DNA from: Methanosarcina sp. UBA293
GTDB lineage: Archaea; Halobacteriota; Methanosarcinia; Methanosarcinales; Methanosarcinaceae
Reading direction: 5' to 3'
Length of the DNA stretch: 64,000 nucleotides
Assembly (NCBI GenBank): GCA_002499445.1
Contig: DALS01000064.1
Span: forward strand, 283-64,282
The notes beneath the pieces are model-generated. The model had not been told where the DNA came from and ran no database searches. It was given only the letters and a program-made list of their open reading frames with translations. Both the position numbers and the translations under genes were made by a program. Below are positions 1-10,652 of the stretch, piece after piece. How positions within the stretch are numbered: position 1 is the first letter of the stretch; each line of letters starts with the position of its first letter.

Positions 1-230
1 AAAATCCCGTGATCGGAAACTTAATCGATTATTCAAAGCTTGAGTCTAAATCTGCTAAAAATCTAAAAACATATATTTTTAAGAATTTTTTGACCATATT
101 ATTAAGATATGCATTTAAAATGAACTTAGTTAAAAAAATTCGATTAATACAAGACATTAAGAATAATAAGGCTTTCCAATGGCGAAAATTGTAGCTTGCA
201 GTTCAGTGTTAGAACCTTAAACTTGCTCAG

Positions 231-247
231 TGAGTTTTATATATATA
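231..247 (+). promoter_or_regulatory. Putative archaeal TATA box for mtaCB
   Basis: TTTTATATATA at about 235-245, roughly 240 nt upstream of the mtaC TTG; implies a long 5' leader. Confidence 0.45.
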
Positions 248-483
248 GGACCCTAATTAAATTAAGGGGAGTTAGGAGTCCCTTTAAGAATTTGGGAAGA
301 ATTTGGGAGTTTATACCTGTTTAGACATCATTTAGTTGTCTCTATGAAAAAATAGGGGAAAAATTAGACAGCTGAATTTTATTAAGATTTACCACAGGGA
401 GAATTTAGTTTTTAGCCCGGCTTCGGCCCCCTGTAAATCATCAGGGATTATTGCTCCTCAAATCCCAAAATGGAGGTTAGGAT

Positions 484-1251
484 TTGATAGATATAGATCC
501 AAGTGGTATTCTGGTTCGATACAATGTAAAAATGGAAAAGGAAATGACACCGGAAGAAGCTGCAGAAGAGCTTTACCCCAAGGATTCAACAATTTACCCG
601 ATTGCAAAAGCTATCTTTGAAGGGGAAGAAGATGATGTTGTTGAGGGGTTACAAAAAGCCATTAGTTCCGGAAAAGATCCAATTTCTCTTATCGACGATG
701 CACTGATGGTTGGAATGGGAGTTGTCACCAGGCTTTATGACGAGGGAATTATTTTTCTGCCAAACGTTATGATGTCTGCTGATGCCATGCTAGAAGGTAT
801 CGACTATGTAAAGGAGAAAGCAGGAAAAGCACCTGTCACTAAAGGAGTAGTCGTCTGTCATGTTGCAGAAGGTGATGTCCACGACATTGGAAAGAACATT
901 GTAGCTGCACTACTGAGAGCAGCAGGCTATGATGTAGTGGACCTTGGAAGAGACGTTCCTGTAGATGAAGTAATAGCTGCGGTTGAGAAAGAAAATCCCC
1001 TCATGCTTACTGGCACAGCCCTTATGACCACGACCATGTATGCATTCAAGGAAGTTAACGACAAACTTATGGAGAAAGGATACAGGATTCCATTCGCATG
1101 TGGCGGCGGTGCTGTGAACCAGGACTTCGTGTCTCAGTACGACCTTGGAGTATATGGTGAAGAGGCAGCCGATGCTCCAAAGATGGCCGATTTCATCAAG
1201 GAACACGGGGACAACATCGTAAAACTGAGGGAGCAATTCCATAGACACTGA
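484..1251 (+). CDS. mtaC: Methanol-specific corrinoid protein MtaC (probably the mtaC3 paralog)
   Basis: B12-binding motif DVHDIGKNIV, N-terminal TPEEAAEELYPKD typical of MtaC; GGAGG RBS before TTG start; directly upstream of mtaB. Confidence 0.96.
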   Translation: MIDIDPSGILVRYNVKMEKEMTPEEAAEELYPKDSTIYPIAKAIFEGEEDDVVEGLQKAISSGKDPISLIDDALMVGMGVVTRLYDEGIIFLPNVMMSADAMLEGIDYVKEKAGKAPVTKGVVVCHVAEGDVHDIGKNIVAALLRAAGYDVVDLGRDVPVDEVIAAVEKENPLMLTGTALMTTTMYAFKEVNDKLMEKGYRIPFACGGGAVNQDFVSQYDLGVYGEEAADAPKMADFIKEHGDNIVKLREQFHRH

Positions 1252-1264
1252 GGAGGTGGAGTAG

Positions 1265-2653
1265 ATGGCAGTAACAAGATGTACTAAAATGGCTTATGCA
1301 AGCGCAGATGAAATGGTATTTGGAAAAGCTGTCAAGCCAGTCAAAGCCGGTCTGGGACTTGAGATCGGTGCAGGCTACACAACTCCTGAAGTGAACTATG
1401 CCCCAAGACCTGAAGCCGGAGAGTCCAAAGAAAAACTTGAAAAAGAGTACGAAAGAATCACCACTGACATTATGGCAAGGATGGTTCAAATCGGAGCTCC
1501 CTCTGTTGTGCTTGAAACTGAACACGTTCAGCAGATGTCCAACAACCCTGACTGGGGAGCAGCCGTTGCACATGTCCAGAAAACTATCATGGAAGATTAT
1601 CACGATGAATATGGCATAAAATGTGCACTCAGGCACACAATTGGTGATATCCGAGAGAGCAGGGAATACCTCGAGCTCAGAGGAGGGGACAAGTACAATA
1701 TCTTCATGGAAGCCTTTGAGCAATGTGCCCAGAGCGGTGCTGATATGCTTGCAGTCGAGTCAATGGGTGGAAAAGAGGTCTTTGACTATGCCATTCTCAG
1801 AAACGATATGGCAGGAGTACTTTACGGCATAGGCGTTCTCGGCAGCATGGACATGGAAATGATCTGGCAAGACATCGCATCAGTTGCAAAGAAGAATAAT
1901 GTAGTAGCATCTGGTGATACAGACTGTGCCCAGGCAAACACTGCAATGTTCATTGCAGGCGGGCTGCTTGACAAGAACCTCGCCCACACACTCGCAATTA
2001 TTGCAAGGTCAATCTCCGCAGCAAGGTCTCTAGTTGCATATGAAGCGGGTGCAGTTGGTCCTGGTAAAGACTGTGGGTATGAAAATTCTATTGTCAAAGC
2101 AATTGCAGGTGTTCCAATTTCTCAGGAAGGCAAGACCTCAACCTGTGCCCACTCTGACCTTATGGGTAACCTGACAATGCAGTGCTGTGATCTCTGGTCC
2201 AATGAATCAGTTGAATACCATGGTGAATTCGGTGGTACAACTGTTCAATGCTGGGCTGAGACCCTGGCTTATGACTGTGCCCTAATGAATGTTGCTCTTG
2301 ATTCGGGTAATGAAAAAGTACTCAGGGATATGTTAGCAGCTTCGGATATGTATAGAGATGCACAGGGATACGTACTCGCATACCAGAACGCATACAGAGT
2401 AGGGCAGGCAATTGCAAAAGATGGAGATGACATCTACCTCCGTGCTAAGAACGCTGCTCTCGAAAGTATCAAAATCGTTGAAGAAGGAGCAAGGGGAAAA
2501 CTTGAGCTCTCCAGATTTGAAGCTAAAGCTCTCGCAGATGCGAGAGCGGCTTTAGAGGCCCTTACTGACGACAAAGAGCAGTTCATGAGCGATTGCCTTA
2601 CGAAGTATAAAGAAGAAATAAAAGTCTTCAAGCCAGAGAACTACGGCCTCTAA
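1265..2653 (+). CDS. mtaB: Methanol:corrinoid methyltransferase MtaB
   Basis: 462 aa; PEVNYAPRP, VLETEHVQQM, DTDCAQANTAMF, GKDCGYE motifs of MtaB; GGAGGTGG RBS; operon with mtaC. Confidence 0.97.
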   Translation: MAVTRCTKMAYASADEMVFGKAVKPVKAGLGLEIGAGYTTPEVNYAPRPEAGESKEKLEKEYERITTDIMARMVQIGAPSVVLETEHVQQMSNNPDWGAAVAHVQKTIMEDYHDEYGIKCALRHTIGDIRESREYLELRGGDKYNIFMEAFEQCAQSGADMLAVESMGGKEVFDYAILRNDMAGVLYGIGVLGSMDMEMIWQDIASVAKKNNVVASGDTDCAQANTAMFIAGGLLDKNLAHTLAIIARSISAARSLVAYEAGAVGPGKDCGYENSIVKAIAGVPISQEGKTSTCAHSDLMGNLTMQCCDLWSNESVEYHGEFGGTTVQCWAETLAYDCALMNVALDSGNEKVLRDMLAASDMYRDAQGYVLAYQNAYRVGQAIAKDGDDIYLRAKNAALESIKIVEEGARGKLELSRFEAKALADARAALEALTDDKEQFMSDCLTKYKEEIKVFKPENYGL

Positions 2654-2663
2654 TCAAGGCCAG

Positions 2664-2682
2664 TTCTTCCCTTTTTATTTTT
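2664..2682 (+). terminator. Pyrimidine/T-tract terminator after mtaB
   Basis: TTCTTCCCTTTTTATTTTT about 10 nt after the mtaB stop. Confidence 0.4.
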
Positions 2683-2973
2683 GACACAGGCCACGAAAAC
2701 CTCAATCAAAAGAACTCTAAAAATAACTCTATCCAGACTCAAGAACTCTATTCAGACTCAGCACATGGAAAATAAAGAAAAAAAATTGCTCCCTTGCTCC
2801 TGAAGTGAAATTCGGGCGGCATAGTTTGGGAAAATTGAAAACGTTGAACTTAATTTAAGAAATTTAAAAAAATTAAAAAGATAATAAAATTAAAATAAGA
2901 AAGATAATAAAACTAGAATAAATTGGTTAAATCAATTATAAATCAGTTAAATCAATTTTTACATTGGGGATTT

Positions 2974-3993
2974 TCAGGCATAATACTCATCTCTTGCCTT
3001 GACCATAGCCTTGATGTGAGAAACTGGAGTCATGGGTGCGATTCCACAGCCAGGAGCCAGTACATCTACGCCTTCGGCAATAGCTTTTTTCGATTCTTCT
3101 TTTATCTTATCTATCGGACCCGGAAGTAGAACAAAGGGACTCGAGATATTTCCTACAAGTCTTGACCTATCCCCAAGTACTTCCTTAGCCTTCTTTATGC
3201 TGCCAACTTTTTCTTCGACGCTCAACCCTTCAAAACCACAATCTGCCATATAATTAAGTATAGAATTCACATTGCCACAGATATGGAGGACCATAACCGA
3301 ATCTACATTTGAAGAAAAATTTTGCAGCCTTGGTTGAAGTTCATTTTTAAATGAGTCTGGACTCATCAGGTCAGGAGATGCCACAGGATCTGCGACTGAG
3401 ATAACATCTGCTCCTGCAAGTACCATAGAATTTGCATAAGCTATTGTGGCATCAGTTGCAAAGTCCAGCACCTGCCGTAACATATCGGGTTTCTTGAGAG
3501 ACCATTTCATAAAAGACTTTACACTCGCCAAATCGGAAGCAAGAGTGACTGGTCCTTCCATTCCTCCTATAATAGGTATATCTGGTCCTACCCTTTCCCT
3601 TATAATTTTGATTGAATCAAGTACAGCCCGGATTCTGCCCATGTCAAGCAGATTATCAGGCATTTCCATGCCTTCGAGGTCCTTAGGATACGGATGCGCA
3701 ATGACAGACGGCTGCCTGTTTTTAGTTCCCATATTAACCTCGCAGCCCAGAGCCTCGGCAAGTACAGTCAGGCAATATGGAACTCTTACAGCTTCAAGCC
3801 CGCTAAGCTCATAGTTTGCAATCGCCAGTTTTGCCAGTTTTTCAGGGTCAGAGTGAGCCTCTGGCCAGGGGGCTCCCACTTCATCCATTAATTCAACAAT
3901 TCCTGTCTGGGTTACGGAACAGACCGGTACCTTGTCAACTTCTTTTCCTTCCAGTGCGTTTAAAAGTCTCTCTTTTAGTGTCATCTCATCCAT
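2974..3993 (-). CDS. mtaA: Methylcobamide:CoM methyltransferase MtaA (URO-D fold; probably mtaA2)
   Basis: VCSVTQTG, VPYCLTVLAEA, Zn ligand motif LHICG and C-terminal APGCG; start placed at ATG 3993 after GGGGGAG. Confidence 0.93.
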   Translation of the reverse strand: MDEMTLKERLLNALEGKEVDKVPVCSVTQTGIVELMDEVGAPWPEAHSDPEKLAKLAIANYELSGLEAVRVPYCLTVLAEALGCEVNMGTKNRQPSVIAHPYPKDLEGMEMPDNLLDMGRIRAVLDSIKIIRERVGPDIPIIGGMEGPVTLASDLASVKSFMKWSLKKPDMLRQVLDFATDATIAYANSMVLAGADVISVADPVASPDLMSPDSFKNELQPRLQNFSSNVDSVMVLHICGNVNSILNYMADCGFEGLSVEEKVGSIKKAKEVLGDRSRLVGNISSPFVLLPGPIDKIKEESKKAIAEGVDVLAPGCGIAPMTPVSHIKAMVKARDEYYA

Positions 3994-5000
3994 AATTGTC
4001 TCCCCCACTTAAGTTTCAATTTGGAAGTTCTTGACCTTATTCCATTACTTAGCTTTACTTATTATTGGTAGTGCTGATCTATTAATAGCTCTGGCCCTTT
4101 AGACCAGTTACTAAAGTAGATCAGTTATTAACACAGCATTGGAATCTCTTTAAGGCGCATCAAGTTTTCAGAGTTTCCACCGCAGGCAATAAACACTCTC
4201 AGATAACGAAATCCCCCTGCCCAGGTTGACTAATATTATCTATGTTTTATGCTATATGATTGTTTGGAAATACTCAAACTAAAGATACTGCCAGTAAAGA
4301 AGAAAATGATATCTACTGGTAGCAAAGTGCTAAAGAAAGCAAGTAAAAGTTAAGAAATAATAGAGTAAGAAAGTAAATGAAAAATCGCAGAACAGAGCAT
4401 ACAAAGCAACTTCAGGAGAATGAATTACCTAAAAAGGTTTTCCTTGTTTGCTTTAATAATGAGACATATCAGTGTCTTCAAGAACCATTATTTAGAGTTT
4501 CTGAGGCTTAAAAAACTCAAATAATTCGTTTTATGTCTTAAATGCGCGTTATGTATTATTATAATCTTTTTTATAAGTATACTGCCTGCAAGGCTTATCA
4601 TAGCTATATCTCTGAAAATATTTAAAACATACCAAAATTATTCATTTGTGCTCAATAATTAAGGATCGTTTATATACAGTGTTAAAAGATTAGATTCTAG
4701 ATAAAAATTAATAGTAAATTTCGATCCGGATGCAGCATCAAATTTTGATGGTTAGTGCGGGTAATTTATTCCTGCATTTGAAAAGAGCTCTTAATCTGAG
4801 AGAGAGGAAAAAATACTCGCAAGAACTCTGAAATCAAAGAAATAGAGTAAAATATTATTAAAGCCTGATAAAAAAGACTAATGCTTAATTATTCAGATCT
4901 TTTAGCTTGCAAGAATATGATTAGAAAAATATAAGAATAACAATTGGAAAAGTGCAGCAATACAGTTAGAAAAGTGCAGGAACACGTTTAGAAAAAGGGA

Positions 5001-8000
5001 TTGGAGGAGTTGATTATCAATCACGATGAAGCCTTTCAAAGAGGCATTAACCTGATTAAACAAAAAAGGTATGAGAAATCGATTAATGTTTTCAACAAGC
5101 TTGTGGACAAAAACCCAAGTCACACGGGAGCTCTTTTTAATAGAGGACTTGCCCTGCTGAAAATTGGAAAAATAGAAGAAGGCCTCAACTCTTTTGATAA
5201 GGTCCTGCACTTCGAGCCAAAAAATTCAGATGCCCTGTACAAAAAAGGGGTTGCTCTGGCCGCTCTAGGAAAATTTGAAGCAGCTCTGGAAGCTTATGAT
5301 AACGCACTTGTATCAAATCCTGAGAATCCAAAAATTTGGTATCAAAAAGGACTTGTATTTGCTGAACTTGAAAGGACTGAAGCTTCAATTAATTGTTTTG
5401 AGAAAGTACTTGAGCTTGAGCCAGAATGCGAAATTGCCTGGTATGCCTTGGGAACTGTAGCTGGAGAAGCCTGCCACTACGAAGAAGCCCTGGAAGCTTT
5501 TGGACACGCCCTTGAGATCAACCCGAAAAATGCAGACGCTTGCTACGCAAAAGGACTGGTTCTTACAAAGCTTGAGGAGTATGAAAAAGCGCTGGAATGC
5601 TTTAATTCCCTTATTCGGGAAAAACCAAGACATACAGATGCCTGGGAACAAAGATGCCTTTTGCTGACAAAGCTCGGAAAAAATAAAGAAGCTCTGGAAT
5701 GTATTGACTGGTTTTTAAAAAAGTTTCCAGTTAATGAGACTGCTCTCTATCACAGAGGCATTCTTTTAAACGAACTTTCCCGCTATGAGGATGCTGAAAA
5801 AACCTTTTCAAAAATCTTGAAAATAAATCCAGGGAATAAAGAAGTCTGGCTCAGGAAAGGGCTTGCTTTTCTCCAGCTGCTCAGGCTCAATGATGCAATA
5901 GAGGCTTTTGAAGAAGCCATCAAGCTGGATCCTACTTATTTTGAAGCCTGGAATTACAAGTGCTTTGCTCTGATGAAACTTGAGGTCTATGAAGAAGCCC
6001 TTGAAGCTTTTGACTCTGTGCTTGAAGTTTATCCGGAAATGAAGGAACTCCAGTATAACCGTGCTCTCGCTCTCGCAAAACTGCAACGTTTTGAGGAGGC
6101 AACACAGGCATTTTCCAGAGTTGCCGAAATGGATCCTGTAGGAGATGCCCTGTACCAGCAGGGATGCTTGCTTGCTAAGGTAGGGAAGTATGAAGAAGCC
6201 CTTAACGCCTTTGATTCCATGCTCGAACATAATCCAGGATTTATTGAAGCTCAGAAATTCAGGGGCACTATGCTTGTCAAGTTAGACCGTATTGAAGAGG
6301 CACTTGAATCTCTTGCACAGAGCCTTGAAAAAGAACCTGAAAACTATAGGCTCTGGCTTAGGCAAGGATTAATCCTCCTTGACAACAAAAAATTTGAGCC
6401 TGCCATGAAGGCTTTTGAGAAAGCTGCGGAACTTAAACCTGACTGTGAAGCCTGCTGGATGAATAAAGGTTTTGCTCTTTACTCCATGAGACGTTATGAA
6501 GAAGCTCTCAAAGCCTTTGAAGAAAGTCTGCGGCTGAACCCGTATCTTGAGAACGGCTGGAATAAAAAAGGAATAGTGCTTGGAAAGCTTGGAAGAACAG
6601 AGGAAGCCCTTGAAGCTTTTGGAGAAGCAGTAAGACTCAGACCTGATTTTGAGGATGCTTTGAGAAACAAAGGACTAATTTTACTGGCTGCGGAAGAATA
6701 CGAAAAAGCAAGCGAAGCCTTTGTCGAAGTCCTTAAAACAAACCCTGCCGATCTTGATTCAATTTACAATAAAGGAATAGCCCTGCTCAAACTCGGAAAA
6801 GCAGAAGCTTCCCTGGAATGTTTTGAAAATCTTCTCTCTCTTAATCCCGATTATCCTGATCTTTTATACAGTCTTGCGGTCGCCCAGGTAGAGCTAGGGA
6901 AGCAGGAAGAAGCCCTGAAAACCTTTGAAAAACTTGTTGCAAAAAATCCCGAGGACCTGGAAATTCAGTGCAGAAAAGGAAAACTTGCAATAGAGCTCGG
7001 AAAATATGAGGATGCACTTCAGACTTTCAATCAAGTGCTCAGAAAAAAACCACAATCCAGAGAAACCTGGTATAGAAAAGGGCTTGCCCTGATAAAACTG
7101 GAACGCTTTGAAGAGGGAATAAAAAGCTTTGAAAACGTTCTTGAGATTGACCCTGCCTACAAGGACTCATATTACCAGATTGGGCTTTCCTATTTTGAAC
7201 TTAGAGATTTTGAAGAAGCTATAAGAGTTTTTGAGGTAGCATTTAAAATAGATTTTGAAAACCTTGATGCTCTTTACATGAAAAGCCTTGCTTTACTACG
7301 ATTGGGAAGATATAAAGAATCGGCTTCAGGTTTCAGGGAGGTCCTTAAAAGAAATCCTTCACATACTGAGGCTCTTGCACATCTGAGCACAGCCTGCTTC
7401 AAACAAGAACTTTACAAAGATGCCCTTGAGTTTTTTGATATGGTCCTGAGGGAGAATCCAGAGAGGAAAACTGTCCTTTTCAGGAAAGGGGTTGCTTTAA
7501 AAGCTCTTGGAAAAGTAAAAGAAGCTTCAACTATCTTTGACTCTATCCTTAAATTGAAGCCTGACTGTACTTATGCACTTGAACAGAAAGGGTATACTCA
7601 CTTTGAGCTTGAGGAATATCAGGAGGCGGCTGAAGCATTTAAAACGGCGCTGGAATATTGCCCAAAAAAGGAAGATCTGAATTACTATAGAGGTATTTCC
7701 TTTTTCAGACTTGGGAACTTTGAAGAAACTGTAAAATCCTTTGAAAAGGCTCTTGAGCTTGGCTGCCTGAAACCTGAATTGTCTTACTATAAAGGAATTT
7801 CCTGCTTCGAAATCAAGGAATATGAAAAAGCAGTGAAAGCCTTTGATGCTGCCCTTAACACCGGAGCAGCCAATCTCGAGCTTCTGCACAAAAAAGCCCT
7901 GGCGCTTTTCGAACTCGGAAAGGCAGATGAAGCAGTTTGTGCAGTTGACACTCTTCTCAAATATCTCGAACTTACAGCAGAGAATTTTAATATTAAAAAT

Positions 8001-9833
8001 GCTGAGGATATTGGGAAAGAAAGTGAAGGAGAGAATGAAGGGGAATTAAAAGGAAAAATTGAAGAAAAAAGCACAGGAGAATTTAAAGGAGAATTTGGAA
8101 GAAAAGACTCAGAAGAAATTCCGGCTTTTGAAGATTCCCAGGTTTTTGAAGAACTGCTTGAAAAGTTTGCATTCTCCCTGATAGAGCTCGGAAGGTATGA
8201 AGAAGCCCTACTGCCGCTTGGAAGACTTATAGCAAACGAATCGACTTCAAAAGCAGCTCTTTGCAACAAAGGGACCGTACTTATGAAGCTCGGCAGACTG
8301 GAGGAAGCTCTTGAGACCTTTTCAGAAATTCTTTCACTTTATCCTGACTTTGAAAAAGCCTGGTACAGCAGAGGGCTCATTCTTTTCTCTCTAGGATACT
8401 ACGCTGATGCACTTGAAGCCTTTGAGCAAGCTATCCTGGAGAATCAGAAGGAAATCCCAGAAGAAATTAGGGAAGAACAAATAGAAAGTCCCGGATTTAA
8501 AGATAAATTAAACGACGCTGAGCTTGACGTCGCCTGGACAAAAATGGGACTTTCCCAACTCGAATTGAGAAGTTATGAAGCCGCTCTTGAGACATTTGGA
8601 AAACTTCTTGGAGTAAAACCAGAGGTTGCAGATCTCTGGTATCTAGCAGGGCTTGCTTTAAGGGGACTTGACCAGGACGAAAAAGCCATTGAAGCTTTTA
8701 AAAAGGCTGTAGAGCTCGATTCAGCCCTGGAAGCTGCCTGGGAGCAAATGGGGCTTGCCCTGCTTGGACGGAAAAGATACGAGGATGCCTGCCAGGCTTT
8801 CAGTTCCGTCCTGGTTATAAATTCTGAGAATGTAAACGCTCTCTACAACAGGTCGGTTGCGAATTTTGAGCTCCAGAACTTCGAAGAAGTGGTACGTGAC
8901 CTTGAAAGAGTACTCCTGTTTGCCCCTGATTTCCCGGATTCTGTTGAAGCTTATTACAGGCTCGGGATTGCCAGAATGGAGCTTCAGGAGTATGAAAAAG
9001 CCCTCGAGATTTTTGATATTATTCTCGAGCAGAACCCGGCGCACAGGGAAGCCTTATATTACAGTGCGCTTATGCTTTTCAACCTCGAGGAATACGAATC
9101 TGCTGCCGAAATCTTTGGAATGCTGCTGGAAGCCTCGCCCGAAGACCCCGAAAGCTTGAATTACTTCGGACTCTGCCTGCTAGAGCTCGAAAGCCCGGAG
9201 GCTGCTCTGAAAGCCTTTGAAAGAGCCGCGCTTTTCAATCCGAAGAACGAAGATGCCCTTTACAATGCAGCCACGACTCTTATCAAGCTCGGGAGGGTAC
9301 AGGAATCCTTTGGCTATTTTGACCGCATCCTTAATATTTCCCCTGAGAATGTCGATGTCTTGAACTACAAAGGAATCGCCTTCTGCACACTTGATATGTA
9401 CAGGGAAGCCCTGAAAACCTTTGACCTTGTGCTGAGAAAAGACCCCGAAAATATCAAGGCGATCTATAATATAGGGGTTGTCTGCTTCAAACAGAAACTC
9501 TATGAAACTGCCTGCCGGGCTTTTGGCGAAGTCCTTGCCCTTAACCCCTGGCACGAACAATCCCTGAAATATCTAGGAATTTCTCTTGCAAAAATCGGAG
9601 AGTACGAGGATGCTCTGAGAACCTTTGACAGGTTGCTAAGGATAAACCCGCGCGATGTTCAGTCCATGAATTACAGGGGAGTTATCCTCGGAAAAATGGA
9701 AAGATATTCAGAAGCCATAAAGACTTTCAATGAAATCCTGCGTCTCTATCCCGACATGGCAGACGCGAAAAGGAAACTTGAAGCCTTAAAATGCATTGAA
9801 AACCAAGAGGATTCCAATGAAGGTTTCTACTGA
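5001..9833 (+). CDS. Very large all-TPR protein (1610 aa)
   Basis: Continuous 34-aa TPR consensus (W..KG..L..LG.YEEAL..F...L..NP) along the whole length; no catalytic domain visible. Confidence 0.92.
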   Translation: MEELIINHDEAFQRGINLIKQKRYEKSINVFNKLVDKNPSHTGALFNRGLALLKIGKIEEGLNSFDKVLHFEPKNSDALYKKGVALAALGKFEAALEAYDNALVSNPENPKIWYQKGLVFAELERTEASINCFEKVLELEPECEIAWYALGTVAGEACHYEEALEAFGHALEINPKNADACYAKGLVLTKLEEYEKALECFNSLIREKPRHTDAWEQRCLLLTKLGKNKEALECIDWFLKKFPVNETALYHRGILLNELSRYEDAEKTFSKILKINPGNKEVWLRKGLAFLQLLRLNDAIEAFEEAIKLDPTYFEAWNYKCFALMKLEVYEEALEAFDSVLEVYPEMKELQYNRALALAKLQRFEEATQAFSRVAEMDPVGDALYQQGCLLAKVGKYEEALNAFDSMLEHNPGFIEAQKFRGTMLVKLDRIEEALESLAQSLEKEPENYRLWLRQGLILLDNKKFEPAMKAFEKAAELKPDCEACWMNKGFALYSMRRYEEALKAFEESLRLNPYLENGWNKKGIVLGKLGRTEEALEAFGEAVRLRPDFEDALRNKGLILLAAEEYEKASEAFVEVLKTNPADLDSIYNKGIALLKLGKAEASLECFENLLSLNPDYPDLLYSLAVAQVELGKQEEALKTFEKLVAKNPEDLEIQCRKGKLAIELGKYEDALQTFNQVLRKKPQSRETWYRKGLALIKLERFEEGIKSFENVLEIDPAYKDSYYQIGLSYFELRDFEEAIRVFEVAFKIDFENLDALYMKSLALLRLGRYKESASGFREVLKRNPSHTEALAHLSTACFKQELYKDALEFFDMVLRENPERKTVLFRKGVALKALGKVKEASTIFDSILKLKPDCTYALEQKGYTHFELEEYQEAAEAFKTALEYCPKKEDLNYYRGISFFRLGNFEETVKSFEKALELGCLKPELSYYKGISCFEIKEYEKAVKAFDAALNTGAANLELLHKKALALFELGKADEAVCAVDTLLKYLELTAENFNIKNAEDIGKESEGENEGELKGKIEEKSTGEFKGEFGRKDSEEIPAFEDSQVFEELLEKFAFSLIELGRYEEALLPLGRLIANESTSKAALCNKGTVLMKLGRLEEALETFSEILSLYPDFEKAWYSRGLILFSLGYYADALEAFEQAILENQKEIPEEIREEQIESPGFKDKLNDAELDVAWTKMGLSQLELRSYEAALETFGKLLGVKPEVADLWYLAGLALRGLDQDEKAIEAFKKAVELDSALEAAWEQMGLALLGRKRYEDACQAFSSVLVINSENVNALYNRSVANFELQNFEEVVRDLERVLLFAPDFPDSVEAYYRLGIARMELQEYEKALEIFDIILEQNPAHREALYYSALMLFNLEEYESAAEIFGMLLEASPEDPESLNYFGLCLLELESPEAALKAFERAALFNPKNEDALYNAATTLIKLGRVQESFGYFDRILNISPENVDVLNYKGIAFCTLDMYREALKTFDLVLRKDPENIKAIYNIGVVCFKQKLYETACRAFGEVLALNPWHEQSLKYLGISLAKIGEYEDALRTFDRLLRINPRDVQSMNYRGVILGKMERYSEAIKTFNEILRLYPDMADAKRKLEALKCIENQEDSNEGFY

Positions 9834-9977
9834 GGTTTTGGGAGAGGATAGGTTTAGAAAGGGGAGAGTGAGGTTTTTTTAGACTTTTTTATGAAGGCTG
9901 GTTATTAAAATTCTCTTTGAAACGAAAAAAACACGGAATAAGAAAAGAGCTCATCCCAAAACCCATTTTTTATTCTT

Positions 9978-10019
9978 AACTATTAGAATTACTCTAGAAA
10001 CTATTAGAATTACTCTAGA
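9978..10019. repeat. Perfect 21-bp tandem duplication
   Basis: AACTATTAGAATTACTCTAGA x2. Confidence 0.9.
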
Positions 10020-10166
10020 TTGCTTTAACAATCTGAAGCCTGGTTGGTTACTTAAATGCGGGAACCAAAGATCAAATTTGAGTTTTGGGATCGATTTGAT
10101 AATCAGTTTTTGGTTAATATCAGGTAATTAAAAACAAAGAGTTTAGAAAAGATAAAAGAGGTGGCT

Positions 10167-10652
10167 TTATCTCCTAATATTCAGGCCTGTTTGATAGCCC
10201 CTTGGGAAGCAATCACTATAACCTCTTTCGTAGCCTCTAGCATAGTCGCTTTTCCTAGCTTCTTTCTTTATAAATGCACTGTAGGGCTTCTTGCTGTCGG
10301 CTTTGCCTTCTCTAAATCCGTCTCTATAGCCATCTCTACAACCGTCTTTGTAGCCTCTGTTATATTCTTTTTGATTTCCGCCTGCCGACCCAGCTTTCAG
10401 GCCTGCTTGATAACCTTTCGGGAAGCAGTCACTGTAACCTCTTTCATATCCTCTATCATAGTCGTTTTTAGTGGCAGTTTTCTTTATGAATGCACTATAG
10501 GGCCTTTTGCTATCGGTTTTACCTTCCCTAAATCCGTCTTTATAGCCGTCTCTACAGCCATCTTTGTAGCCTTTGTTGTATTCTTGCTGGTTTGCGCTTA
10601 CCGCCGCAGCTGTCACTGACACTATGAAACAGACTACCAGCAAAGCAGCCAA
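10167..10652 (-). CDS. Secreted Gly/Tyr-rich protein with an internal 72-aa duplication
   Basis: Hydrophobic signal peptide ending AVSA; two near-identical units rich in GYxxG motifs; start codon uncertain. Confidence 0.75.
   Translation of the reverse strand: MAALLVVCFIVSVTAAAVSANQQEYNKGYKDGCRDGYKDGFREGKTDSKRPYSAFIKKTATKNDYDRGYERGYSDCFPKGYQAGLKAGSAGGNQKEYNRGYKDGCRDGYRDGFREGKADSKKPYSAFIKKEARKSDYARGYERGYSDCFPRGYQTGLNIRR

Noticed and set aside
9-194. 61-aa ORF at window start
   Set aside because: AT-rich, Lys/Ile/Asn-biased, lies in the mta promoter region; probably spurious
4488-4524. Imperfect inverted repeat TTATTT(A)GAGTTT...AAACTCAAATAA as an IS end or MITE
   Set aside because: No second copy, target duplication or transposase in the window; AT-rich palindromes arise easily
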